From Ranitomeya imitator (lineage: Eukaryota): 64,000 bases of DNA. Positions 35,401 through 50,400 of the stretch are shown piece by piece; within the stretch, counting starts at the first letter, position 1, and each line of letters opens with the position of its first letter. A model generated the notes under the pieces. That model ran no database searches, had not been told where the DNA came from, and worked only from the letters and a program-made list of their open reading frames with translations. Location: assembly GCF_032444005.1 (NCBI RefSeq), contig NC_091290.1, positions 133,796,001 to 133,860,000 on the forward strand, written 5' to 3'. Both the position numbers and the translations under genes were made by a program.

Positions 35401-38400
35401 ATCCTGTATTATACTCCAGAGCTGCACTCACTATTCTGCTGGTGCAGTCACTGTGTACATACATTACATTACTGATCCTGAGTTACATCCTGTATTATAC
35501 TCCAGAGCTGCACTCACTATTCTGCTGGTACAGTCACTGTGTACATACATTACATTACTGATCCTGAGTTACATCCTGTATTATACCCCAGAGCTGCACT
35601 CACTATTCTGCTGGTGCAGTCACTGTGTACATACATTGCATTACTGATCCTGAGTTACATTCTGTATTATACTCCAGAGCTGCACTCACTATTCTGCTGG
35701 TGCAGTCACTGTATACATACATACATTACATTACTGATCCTGAGTTACATCCTGTATTATACTCCAGAGCTGCGCTCACTATTCTGCTGGTGCAGTCACT
35801 GTGTACATACATTACATTACTGATCCTGAGTTACCTCCTGTATTCTACTCCAGAGCTGCACTCACTATTCTGCTGGTGCAGTCACTGTGTACATACATTA
35901 CATTACTGATCCTGAGTTACATCCTATATTATACTCCAGAGCTGCACTCACTATTCTGCTGGTGCAGTCACTGTGTACATACATTACATTACTGATCCTG
36001 AGTTACATTCTGTATTATACTCCAGAGCTGCACTCACTATTCTGCTGGTGCAGCCACTGTGTACATACATTACATTACTGATCCTGAGTTACATCCTGTA
36101 TTATACTCCAGAGCTGCACTCACTATTCTGCTGGTGCAGTCAGTGTACATACATTACATTACTGATCCTGAGTTACACCCTGTATTATACCCCAGAGCTG
36201 CGCTCACTATTCTGCTGGTGCAGTCAGTGTACATACATTACTCATCCTGAGTTACATCCTGTATTATACCCCAGAGCTGCGCTCACTATTCTGCTGGTGC
36301 AGTCAGTGTACATACATTACTCATCCTGAGTTACATCCTGTATTATACCCCAGAGCTGCGCTCACTATTCTGCTGGTGCAGTCAGTGTACATACATTACT
36401 CATCCTGAGTTACATCCTGTATTATACTCCAGAGCTGCGCTCACTATTCTGCTGGTGCAGTCAGTGTACATACATTACTCATCCTGAGTTACATCCTGTA
36501 TTATACTCCAGAGCTGCACTCACTATTCTGCTGGTGCAGTCAGTGTACATACATTACTGATCCTGAGTTACATCCTGTATTATACTCCAGAGCTGCGCTC
36601 ACTATTCTGCTGGTGCAGTCAGTGTACATACATTACTGATCCTGAGTTACATCCTGTATTATACTCCAGAGCTGCGCTCACTATTCTGCTGGTGCAGTCA
36701 GTGTACATACATTACTGATCCTGAGTTACATCCTGTATTATACTCCAGAGCTGCGCTCACTATTCTGCTGGTGCAGTCAGTGTACATACATTACTGATCC
36801 TGAGTTACATCCTGTATTATACTCCAGAGCTGCGCTCACTATTCTGCTGGTGCAGTCAGTGTACATACATTACTGATCCTGAGTTACATCCTGAATTATA
36901 CTTCAGAGCTGCGCTTACTATTCTGCTGGTGCAGTCAGTGTACATACATTACTGATCCTGAGTTACATCCTGTATTATACTCCAGTGCTGCGCTCACTAT
37001 TCTGCTGGTGCAGTCAGTGTACATACATTACTCATCCTGAGTTACATCCTGTATTATACTCCAGAGCTGCACTCACTATTCTGCTGGTGCAGTCAGTGTA
37101 CATACATTACTCATCCTGAGTTACATCCTGTATTATACTCCAGAGCTGCACTCACTATTCTGCTGGTGCGGTCACTGTGTACATACATTACTGATCCTGA
37201 GTTACATCCTGTATTATACCCCAGAGCTGCACTCACTATTCTGCTGGTGCAGTCACTGTGTACATACATTACATTACTGATCCTGAGTTACATCCTGTAT
37301 TATACCCCAGAGCTGCACTCACTATTCTGCTGGTGCAGTCACTGTGTACATACATTACATTAATGATCCTGAGTTACATCCTGTATTATACCCCAGAGCT
37401 GCACTCACTATTCTGCTGGTGCAGTCACTGTGTACATACATTACATTACTGATCCTGAGTTACATCCTGTATTATACTCCAGAGCTGCACTCAGTATTCT
37501 GCTGGTGCAGTCAGTGTACATACATTACATTACTGATCCTGAGTTACATCCTGTATTATACTCCAGAGCTGCACTCACTATTCTGCTGGTGCAGTCACTG
37601 TGTACATACATTACATTACTGATCCTGAGTTACATGCTGTATTATACTCCAGAGCTGCACTCACTATTCTGCTGGTGCAGTCACTGTGTACATACATTAC
37701 ATTACTGATCCTGAGTTACATCCTGTATTATACTCCAGAGCTGCACTCACTATTCTGCTGGTGCAGTCACTGTGTACATACATTACATTACTGATCCTGA
37801 GTTACATCCTGTATTATACCCCAGAGCTGCACTCACTATTCTGCTGGTGCAGTCACTGTGTACATACATTGCATTACTGATCCTGAGTTACATTCTGTAT
37901 TATACTCCAGAGCTGCACTCACTATTCTGCTGGTGCAGTCACTGTATACATACATACATTACATTACTGATCCTGAGTTACATCCTGTATTATACTCCAG
38001 AGCTGCGCTCACTATTCTGCTGGTGCAGTCACTGTGTACATACATTACATTACTGATCCTGAGTTACCTCCTGTATTCTACTGCAGAGCTGCACTCACTA
38101 TTCTGCTGGTGCAGTCACTGTGTACATACATTACATTACTGATCCTGAGTTACATCCTATATTATACTCCAGAGCTGCACTCACTATTCTGCTGGTGCAG
38201 TCACTGTGTACATACATTACATTACTGATCCTGAGTTACATTCTGTATTATACTCCAGAGCTGCACTCACTATTCTGCTGGTGCAGCCACTGTGTACATA
38301 CATTACATTACTGATCCTGAGTTACATCCTGTATTATACTCCAGAGCTGCACTCACTATTCTGCTGGTGCAGTCAGTGTACATACATTACATTATTGATC

Positions 38401-41400
38401 CTGCGTTACACCCTGTATTATACCCCAGAGCTGCGCTCACTATTCTGCTGGTGCAGTCAGTGTACATACATTACTCATCCTGAGTTACATCCTGTATTAT
38501 ACCCCAGAGCTGCGCTCACTATTCTGCTGGTGCAGTCAGTGTACATACATTACTCATCCTGAGTTACATCCTGTATTATACTCCAGAGCTGCGCTCACTA
38601 TTCTGCTGGTGCAGTCAGTGTACATACATTACTGATCCTGAGTTACATCCTGTATTATACTCCAGAGCTGCGCTCACTATTCTGCTGGTGCAGTCAGTGT
38701 ACATACATTACTCATCCTGAGTTACATCCTGTATTATACTCCAGAGCTGCACTCACTATTCTGCTGGTGCAGTCAGTGTACATACATTACTCATCCTGAG
38801 TTACATCCTGTATTATACTCCAGAGCTGCACTCACTATTTTGCTGGTGCGGTCACTGTGTACATACATTACTGATCCTGAGTTACATCCTGTATTATACC
38901 CCAGAGCTGCACTCACTATTCTGCTGGTGCAGTCACTGTGTACATACATTACATTACTGATCCTGAGTTACATCCTGTATTATACCTCAGAGCTGCACTC
39001 ACTATTCTGCTGGTGCAGTCACTGTGTACATACATTACATTAATGATCCTGAGTTACATCCTGTATTATACCCCAGAGCTGCACTCACTATTCTGCTGGT
39101 GCAGTCACTGTGTACATACATTACATTACTGATCCTGAGTTACATCCTGTATTATACTCCAGAGCTGCACTCAGTATTCTGCTGGTGCAGTCAGTGTACA
39201 TACATTACATTACTGATCCTGAGTTACATCCTGTATTATACTCCAGAGCTGCACTCACTATTCTGCTGGTGCAGTCACTGTGTACATACATTACATTACT
39301 GATCCTGAGTTACATGCTGTATTATACTCCAGAGCTGCACTCACTATTCTGCTGGTGCAGTCACTGTGTACATACATTACATTACTGATCCTGAGTTACA
39401 TCCTGTATTATACTCCAGAGCTGCACTCACTATTCTGCTGGTGCAGTCACTGTGTACATACATTACATTACTGATCCTGAGTTACATCCTGTATTATACC
39501 CCAGAGCTGCACTCACTATTCTGCTGGTGCAGTCACTGTGTACATACATTGCATTACTGATCCTGAGTTACATTCTGTATTATACTCCAGAGCTGCACTC
39601 ACTATTCTGCTGGTGCAGTCACTGTGTACATACATTACTGATCCTGAGTTACCTCCTGTATTATACTCCAGAGCTGCACTCACTATTCTGCTGGTGCAGT
39701 CACTGTGTACATACATTACATTACTGATCCTGAGTTACATCCTGTATTATACTCCAGAGCTGCACTCACTATTCTGCTGGTGCAGTCACTGTGTACATAC
39801 ATTACATTACTGATCCTGAGTTACATCCTGTATTATACCCCAGAGCTGCACTCACTATTCTGCTGGTGCAGTCACTGTGTACATACATTACATTACTGAT
39901 CCTGAGTTACATCCTGTATTATACCCCAGAGCTGCATTCACTATTCTGCTGGTGCAGGCACTGTGTATATACATTACATTACTGATCCTGAGTTACATCC
40001 TGTATTATACCCCAGAGCTGCACTCACTATTCTGCTGGTGCAGTCACTGTGTACATACATTACATTACTGATCCTGAGTTACATCTTGTATCATATCCCA
40101 GAGCTGCACTCACTATTTTGCTGGTGCAGTCACTGTGTACATACATTACATTACTGATCCTGAGTTACATCCTGTATTATACCCCAGAGCTGCACTCACT
40201 ATTCTGCTGGTGCAGTCACTGTGTACATACATTACATTACTGATCCTGAGTTACATCCTGTATTATACTCCAGAGCTGCACTCACTATTCTGCTGGTGCA
40301 GTCACTGTGTACATACATTACATTACTGATCCTGAGTTACCTCCTGTATTATACTCCAGAGCTGCACTCACTATTCTGCTGGTGCAGTCACTGTGTACAT
40401 ACATTACATTACTGATCCTGAGTTACATCCTGTATTATACTCCAGAGCTGCACTCACTATTCTGCTGGTGCAGTCACTGTGTACATACATTACATTACTG
40501 ATCCTGAGTTACATCCTGTATTATACTCCAGAGCTGCACTCACTATTCTGCTGGTGCAGTCACTGTGTACATACATTACATTACTGATCCTGAGTTACAT
40601 CCTGTATTATACCCCAGAGCTGCACTCACTATTCTGCTGGTGCAGTCACTGTGTACATACATTGCATTACTGATCCTGAGTTACATTCTGTATTATACTC
40701 CAGAGCTGCACTCACTATTCTGCTGGTGCAGTCACTGTATACATACATACATTACATTACTGATCCTGAGTTACATCCTGTATTATACTCCAGAGCTGCG
40801 CTCACTATTCTGCTGGTGCAGTCACTGTGTACATACATTACATTACTGATCCTGAGTTACCTCCTGTATTCTACTCCAGAGCTGCACTCACTATTCTGCT
40901 GGTGCAGTCACTGTGTACATACATTACATTACTGATCCTGAGTTACATCCTATATTATACTCCAGAGCTGCACTCACTATTCTGCTGGTGCAGTCACTGT
41001 GTACATACATTACATTACTGATCCTGAGTTACATTCTGTATTATACTCCAGAGCTGCACTCACTATTCTGCTGGTGCAGCCACTGTGTACATACATTACA
41101 TTACTGATCCTGAGTTACATCCTGTATTATACTCCAGAGCTGCACTCACTATTCTGCTGGTGCAGTCAGTGTACATACATTACATTACTGATCCTGAGTT
41201 ACACCCTGTATTATACCCCAGAGCTGCGCTCACTATTCTGCTGGTGCAGTCAGTGTACATACATTACTCATCCTGAGTTACATCCTGTATTATACCCCAG
41301 AGCTGCGCTCACTATTCTGCTGGTGCAGTCAGTGTACATACATTACTCATCCTGAGTTACATCCTGTATTATACCCCAGAGCTGCGCTCACTATTCTGCT

Positions 41401-44400
41401 GGTGCAGTCAGTGTACATACATTACTCATCCTGAGTTACATCCTGTATTATACTCCAGAGCTGCGCTCACTATTCTGCTGGTGCAGTCAGTGTACATACA
41501 TTACTCATCCTGAGTTACATCCTGTATTATACTCCAGAGCTGCACTCACTATTCTGCTGGTGCAGTCAGTGTACATACATTACTGATCCTGAGTTACATC
41601 CTGTATTATACTCCAGAGCTGCGCTCACTATTCTGCTGGTGCAGTCAGTGTACATACATTACTGATCCTGAGTTACATCCTGTATTATACTCCAGAGCTG
41701 CGCTCACTATTCTGCTGGTGCAGTCAGTGTACATACATTACTGATCCTGAGTTACATCCTGTATTATACTCCAGAGCTGCGCTCACTATTCTGCTGGTGC
41801 AGTCAGTGTACATACATTACTGATCCTGAGTTACATCCTGTATTATACTCCAGAGCTGCGCTCACTATTCTGCTGGTGCAGTCAGTGTACATACATTACT
41901 GATCCTGAGTTACATCCTGAATTATACTTCAGAGCTGCGCTTACTATTCTGCTGGTGCAGTCAGTGTACATACATTACTGATCCTGAGTTACATCCTGTA
42001 TTATACTCCAGTGCTGCGCTCACTATTCTGCTGGTGCAGTCAGTGTACATACATTACTCATCCTGAGTTACATCCTGTATTATACTCCAGAGCTGCACTC
42101 ACTATTCTGCTGGTGCAGTCAGTGTACATACATTACTCATCCTGAGTTACATCCTGTATTATACTCCAGAGCTGCACTCACTATTCTGCTGGTGCGGTCA
42201 CTGTGTACATACATTACTGATCCTGAGTTACATCCTGTATTATACCCCAGAGCTGCACTCACTATTCTGCTGGTGCAGTCACTGTGTACATACATTACAT
42301 TACTGATCCTGAGTTACATCCTGTATTATACCCCAGAGCTGCACTCACTATTCTGCTGGTGCAGTCACTGTGTACATACATTACATTAATGATCCTGAGT
42401 TACATCCTGTATTATACCCCAGAGCTGCACTCACTATTCTGCTGGTGCAGTCACTGTGTACATACATTACATTACTGATCCTGAGTTACATCCTGTATTA
42501 TACTCCAGAGCTGCACTCAGTATTCTGCTGGTGCAGTCAGTGTACATACATTACATTACTGATCCTGAGTTACATCCTGTATTATACTCCAGAGCTGCAC
42601 TCACTATTCTGCTGGTGCAGTCACTGTGTACATACATTACATTACTGATCCTGAGTTACATGCTGTATTATACTCCAGAGCTGCACTCACTATTCTGCTG
42701 GTGCAGTCACTGTGTACATACATTACATTACTGATCCTGAGTTACATCCTGTATTATACTCCAGAGCTGCACTCACTATTCTGCTGGTGCAGTCACTGTG
42801 TACATACATTACATTACTGATCCTGAGTTACATCCTGTATTATACCCCAGAGCTGCACTCACTATTCTGCTGGTGCAGTCACTGTGTACATACATTGCAT
42901 TACTGATCCTGAGTTACATTCTGTATTATACTCCAGAGCTGCACTCACTATTCTGCTGGTGCAGTCACTGTATACATACATACATTACATTACTGATCCT
43001 GAGTTACATCCTGTATTATACTCCAGAGCTGCGCTCACTATTCTGCTGGTGCAGTCACTGTGTACATACATTACATTACTGATCCTGAGTTACCTCCTGT
43101 ATTCTACTCCAGAGCTGCACTCACTATTCTGCTGGTGCAGTCACTGTGTACATACATTACATTACTGATCCTGAGTTACATCCTATATTATACTCCAGAG
43201 CTGCACTCACTATTCTGCTGGTGCAGTCACTGTGTACATACATTACATTACTGATCCTGAGTTACATTCTGTATTATACTCCAGAGCTGCACTCACTATT
43301 CTGCTGGTGCAGCCACTGTGTACATACATTACATTACTGATCCTGAGTTACATCCTGTATTATACTCCAGAGCTGCACTCACTATTCTGCTGGTGCAGTC
43401 AGTGTACATACATTACATTACTGATCCTGAGTTACACCCTGTATTATACCCCAGAGCTGCGCTCACTATTCTGCTGGTGCAGTCAGTGTACATACATTAC
43501 TCATCCTGAGTTACATCCTTTATTATACCCCAGAGCTGCGCTCACTATTCTGCTGGTGCAGTCAGTGTACATACATTACTCATCCTGAGTTACATCCTGT
43601 ATTATACCCCAGAGCTGCGCTCACTATTCTGCTGGTGCAGTCAGTGTACATACATTACTCATCCTGAGTTACATCCTGTATTATACTCCAGAGCTGCGCT
43701 CACTATTCTGCTGGTGCAGTCAGTGTACATACATTACTCATCCTGAGTTACATCCTGTATTATACTCCAGAGCTGCACTCACTATTCTGCTGGTGCAGTC
43801 AGTGTACATACATTACTGATCCTGAGTTACATCCTGTATTATACTCCAGAGCTGCACTCACTATTCTGCTGGTGCAGTCAGTGTACATACATTACTGATC
43901 CTGAGTTACATCCTGTATTATACTCCAGAGCTGCACTCACTATTCTGCTGGTGCAGTCACTGTGTACATACATTACATTACTGATCCTGAGTTACATCCT
44001 GTATTATACCCCAGAGCTGCACTCACTATTCTGCTGGTGCAGTCACTGTGTACATACATTGCATTACTGATCCTGAGTTACATTCTGTATTATACTCCAG
44101 AGCTGCACTCACTATTCTGCTGGTGCAGTCACTGTATACATACATACATTACATTACTGATCCTGAGTTACATCCTGTATTATACTCCAGAGCTGCGCTC
44201 ACTATTCTGCTGGTGCAGTCACTGTGTACATACATTACATTACTGATCCTGAGTTACCTCCTGTATTCTACTCCAGAGCTGCACTCACTATTCTGCTGGT
44301 GCAGTCACTGTGTACATACATTACATTACTGATCCTGAGTTACATCCTATATTATACTCCAGAGCTGCACTCACTATTCTGCTGGTGCAGTCACTGTGTA

Positions 44401-47400
44401 CATACATTACATTACTGATCCTGAGTTACATTCTGTATTATACTCCAGAGCTGCACTCACTATTCTGCTGGTGCAGCCACTGTGTACATACATTACATTA
44501 CTGATCCTGAGTTACATCCTGTATTATACTCCAGAGCTGCACTCACTATTCTGCTGGTGCAGTCAGTGTACATACATTACATTACTGATCCTGAGTTACA
44601 CCCTGTATTATACCCCAGAGCTGCGCTCACTATTCTGCTGGTGCAGTCAGTGTACATACATTACTCATCCTGAGTTACATCCTGTATTATACCCCAGAGC
44701 TGCGCTCACTATTCTGCTGGTGCAGTCAGTGTACATACATTACTCATCCCGAGTTACATCCTGTATTATACCCCAGAGCTGCGCTTACTATTTTGCTGGT
44801 GCAGTCAGTGTACATACATTACTCATCCTGAGTTACATCCTGTATTATACTCCAGAGCTGCGCTCACTATTCTGCTGGTGCAGTCAGTGTACATACATTA
44901 CTCATCCTGAGTTACATCCTGTATTATACTCCAGAGCTGCACTCACTATTCTGCTGGTGCAGTCAGTGTACATACATTACTGATCCTGAGTTACATCCTG
45001 TATTATACTCCAGAGCTGCGCTCACTATTCTGCTGGTGCAGTCAGTGTACATACATTACTGATCCTGAGTTACATCCTGTATTATACTCCAGAGCTGCGC
45101 TCACTATTCTGCTGGTGCAGTCAGTGTACATACATTACTGATCCTGAGTTACATCCTGTATTATACTTCAGAGCTGCGCTTACTATTCTGCTGGTGCAGT
45201 CAGTGTACATACATTACTGATCCTGAGTTACATCCTGTATTATACTCCAGTGCTGCGCTCACTATTCTGCTGGTGCAGTCAGTGTACATACATTACTCAT
45301 CCTGAGTTACATCCTGTATTATACTCCAGAGCTGCACTCACTATTCTGCTGGTGCAGTCACTGTGTACATACATTACATTACTGATCCTGAGTTACATCC
45401 TGTATTATACCCCAGAGCTGCACTCACTATTCTGCTGGTGCAGTCACTGTGTACATACATTACATTACTGATCCTGAGTTACATCCTGTATTATACCCCA
45501 GAGCTGCACTCACTATTCTGCTGGTGCAGTCACTGTGTACATACATTACATTACTGATCCTGAGTTACATCCTGTATTATACTCCAGAGCTGCACTCACT
45601 ATTCTGCTGGTGCAGTCACTGTGTACATACATTACATTACTGATCCTGAGTTACATCCTGTATTATACTCCAGAGCTGCACTCACTATTCTGCTGGTGCA
45701 GTCACTGTATACATACATTACATTACTGATCCTGAGTTACATCCTGTATTATACTCCAGAGCTGCACTCACTATTCTGCTGGTGCAGTCACTGTGTACAT
45801 ACATTACATTACTGATCCTGAGTTACATGGTGTATTATACTCCAGAGCTGCACTCACTATTCTGCTGGTGCAGTCACTGTGTACATACATTACATTACTG
45901 ATCCTGAGTTACATCCTGTATTATACTCCAGAGCTGCACTCACTATTCTGCTGGTGCAGTCACTGTGTACATACATTACATTACTGATCCTGAGTTACAT
46001 CCTGTATTATACTCCAGAGCTGCACTCAGTATTCTGCTGGTGCAGTCAGTGTACATACATTACTCATCCTGAGTTACAGTACATCATACATACATTTTCA
46101 GTTTTGTTGTTTTTAAAGAAAATTAGCAAAACTTATTTTTTAGTGACCTGAGCTAATTTGCATACCTTTTTTCCCAACGAGTCTTGCTCATAAGACTTTG
46201 TTCCCAGAGTTATTTTTAATTTTGTCTCTTTCACTTACTATTCATTTTTATTAGAATTTCATTTTGCTGTGGATATTTTTGTGCAGTTTTTTTTTTTAAC
46301 TGAATCTTAAAAAAAAGCCTAGTGGCAAAAAAAACCCACAAAAAACCTGCACGTCAGTTCTTATAAGCCGATCTTGAAGAAAATATTTCCAAATTGGACA
46401 CTATATAATCAAAAGGCTGCAAAGCATACTTCAGTAAAATAACAGCTGTCATCAACCCCAACTACCATTACCCTGGGCAATTGGGAAGAGCTAGGCAAAG
46501 TTCCAAAATTGGCACATGCAATGGATGCATCGAAAATATGCTGTGTCCAGAATGCTAGTATTACTGATCCCAGCCTTAGATGCCGACGTACCCTGAAGAC
46601 ACTTTAGGAAAACGCTGGTGGGTTGTTGTTTTTTATATTGTCTTTTCAGACATGTTTTTGCAGCAGCTTTTATTATATATATATTTTTTTTACTTTTCAT
46701 ATATAACATAGTGGTGGCTTTCAAGCTGAAGAATGGAAAGGTCATTTCTTTTAGCCTCTTCACGGCTGAAAGAAGTGACAAAAGATGAATCACGTGCATA
46801 TCAAAGTTGTTTGGACATTGCCGTATATTTGTTCTTTTTGCCGTTTTTATTAGCGATTTTTCCGAGGTGTTGTAGGCAGAATCTGTTTGAAAAATACGCC
46901 CAAAAAAAAAAATGCCTGTAAAAACACCTTAGAAATGAATAGGAAAAGTTTTCCAAATCTATTTGAGGAGCATTTTGGACTGGATTCGCCCTATAACGTT
47001 CGTCTTATTCCTATGGGCTGCAAATGTGCAGGTTTGTCCCAGAAATCTGGGTGTGTTCGTGTAAAGGATTTTTTTTTTTTTTTTTAGTAGACGCTCCTCT
47101 TTGCCCAGTTCCAAAAAAACAGAACATTCTGCAGCCGCGTTAACCCTTCCATGCAGAATTTTGCCTCGCGCTTGCCTACCAGAATGGCCAGATTTGCTGA
47201 GTCTGCTCCTGACAATACTAATCGGTCTTAACCCGGCATTAATATTAATACCCCGCTCCAGCCCCTGCTGATGACTGCTGTCACCTTATAGAGCGCATCA
47301 TCTGCTTCTGTGTATGCGATTTCACCAAAAAAGTGGGAAGATTACAGCAGTGGTGTCGTTACATTGGGATTATTTCATTATCTGGGTCCCTGATTGGCGG

Positions 47401-50400
47401 AACCCATAGGGTAAGCTACTACGGGGCTCAGATAACCATAATCCTACACAATTATAGGAATTATCGCTCCATGAGATGGTTAAAAATAATGGAGGTTTGG
47501 CAGTGGGAGCTGCAATATTTTAACGTTTTTATAAATTACTTTTTTTAATGGCGGAGCTGTGGTCTGCGAGACCTCATAAAGATTTGGCGCCATCTTTCAC
47601 CGCGCTGGGATGCGTCGAAATGTATCCACCAAGTCCTATGTTTTACAAGGTAGTGCCTGCTGTAGGGACTACAACTCCCAACATTATCAGCAGCACAAAT
47701 CTTTCTTCTATTCTTGCAGTTTGCTACAATGTATCACTCTGTAGTCTTGTCTTCGTTTTGATCTTGATGATCTTGTGTAGCAAACCTTCAGGATGTGACT
47801 TGGGCTGATCTTATGTAGCAAACCTTCAGGATGTGACTTGGGCTGATCTTATGTAGCAAACATTCAGGATGTAACTTGAGCTGATCTTATGTGGCAAACC
47901 TTCAGGATGTGATTTGAGATGATCTTGTGTAGCAAACCTTAAGGATGTGACTTTAGCTGATCTTATGTAGCAAACCTTCAGGATGTGACTTGAGCTGATC
48001 TTATGTGGCAAACCTTCGGGATTTGACTTGGGCTGATCTTATGTGGCCAACCTTCAGGATGTGGCTTGGGCTGATCTTGTGTGGCAAACATTCAGGATGT
48101 GGCTTGGGCTGATCTTGTGTGGCAAACATTCAGGATGTGACTTGGGCTGATCTTGTGTGGCCAACCTTCAGGATGTGACTTGGGCTGATCCTGTGTAGCT
48201 AACCTTCAGGATGTGACTTGGGCTGATCTTGTGTGGCATACTTTCAGGATGTGACTTGGGCTGTTTGCACACATTGAGTATTTGCAGCAGATTTTTTTTG
48301 CACCAAAAGTCAGACTGTTGGCAAAAAAACCCGCTGTGGAGAATTTCAGAAATCGCGTTCACTTTTCTGGTACTATAAACAGCAATTTTTATTTATTGTT
48401 TAAAGACAGGGCAAAAAATGCAGCATGGGAACAAGTCTTAACACTTCATGGATCAATTTCCGTTTACATCCAGGAGTTGGGAGAAACAAACAACTAAACC
48501 TGTTTGCTACTATGTATCCTGTGCAGACTGATACAATGTATCTGCATCTTGTTTATTTCAAAGCCTTGTGTGGATGAGATACAATTGTAGCAAATTGTCA
48601 GCTGTGGAATTCTTCGGTTGTCCTGGTTTTCAGCCTATGGGTGCATTCACATTAATGTATTTTCCATGCGGATAATGCGTGGACTAACGTTAGCCACGGT
48701 GCTAGTCCACGTGGGCGATTTTTCGATTTACGGAACCAGACGAGGACATGGAGCTTCTTCCAGGTCTGCGAAGTTAAGCTCCCAACTAAAGCAAAAACTT
48801 ATTTTGAAAATGTGGTTCGTTGCCATACTCCCAATTCCATAGCTATGAACATAGATGGTTAGGACATGCTGAGAGTTGTAGTTCTACAAGCTTTGGAGAG
48901 GCGCAGTTTTGAGAACACCGGTATAAAGGAAAAACTACAGACCTCAATGTCCCTCTCCCCCAGATAGAGGCATCTGTTGAGCTAGGAGCGGCCGGGTCTC
49001 TGGGCACTGGGTGTGCCGTGTATGTAGCCAGCATATGCTCCGCATGTGACTGACACATAAATGTTACAAGATGGTGATGTTTACTCGGCGCTGTAAAACT
49101 GTCGCAGATGGTTAAAGTTTGGGAGTGTTCATGAAAAACACAGCACAAAATTTGTAGTACGCATAGATCTGCATTGGAGCTGTATACACAAAACGGTAAT
49201 TTTTTATTATTATTTTTAATATCGGAAAGTTGCACATTTTCTTTTATTTTTTTACCGTTTCAGAAACTTGATAAATTTATTTAATTTTCCTTTTTGTCAC
49301 GTTTTGAGAATTCCATATCATGTGCATGTTTGCCCAGAATGAGAGGTGATTTTCTTAGCAGGCGTCCCAGGTATGTCTGATTGTGAAAAACATGGCTGTT
49401 TTCTTCCAAAATCAGGGTCCTCAGGTTGTGTCGGGTATTGCAGATTTATTTCTTGGAACTGCAATACCACGCATAACCTGCAGTAAGAGGTGGCGCTGTT
49501 TCTGGAAGCTTGGATTGATAATCCTAAGTACCAGCTTTCATGATATTGGTAAACTGATGATCCATAGGAGGGTGAATATTCGCCTCTAGAGGAAAGGTAA
49601 TTTTTCCTCCTCCTCGTAAATTTGATATCGTACAGTATTTTATATGATGCACTATGATCCACTCGCTAATAAATGTGGATTATACCAATGTCCTTCTGTT
49701 CTCTACATCTGTTGGCTGATACTTCTAGAAACTACTTATCCCATGACACCTTGCTTCACTGGGGGAAATAAGTGTGCAAATTGCCTCTTCGGAGAGGTCA
49801 AAATTGACTTTTAGGATTGCTTCTTCCAGTATGTGTCAGTAGAGTTTATGTTACCCTTTAAATGGTGTAACCGGTAGTCTTGCCAAATCCTTAGGGGACA
49901 GCAATGGAGTCATGTGAATCCTAAAGCCTCAGGCAAAAAGGAGGGCAAATACCTTTACGTTATTTGTGGTGGAGCCGTTTAGTTTCAGCCAATCAGCTTC
50001 TTCATTAAGGCTACGTTCACATTAGCGTTGTGCGGGGCAGCATCTGCGACGCAACGCACAGCGCATGCAAAAACGCATGCACAACGCAGCTTTTTGTGAC
50101 GCATGCGTTCATTTTTGCATGATTTTTGGCGCAGAAAAAAACTGCATCATGCAGCGTCCTCTGCGCCCTGACAGTTGCGCCAAAATGACGCATGCGTCAC
50201 AAAACGCAAGACAACGCATGTCCATGCGCCCCCCCCATGTTAAATATAGGGGTGCATGACGCATGCGTCGGCGCGGCTGCGCCCGACGCTGCCCCGCACA
50301 ACGCTAATGTGAACGTAGCCTAAGAGGTTCTGGTGGGGTATATTAGTGAATTCAAGGGTGTGCATATAACACTAACTGAACAGCACCAGAAATCATTTCA

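Noticed and set aside
32466-46151. About 150 short ORFs ([16 protein letters not shown]...) suggesting a repeated peptide gene or CRISPR-like array
   Set aside because: They are translations of the 86-bp satellite, mostly from GTG starts. There are no unique spacers, no cas genes, and the context is eukaryotic intron.
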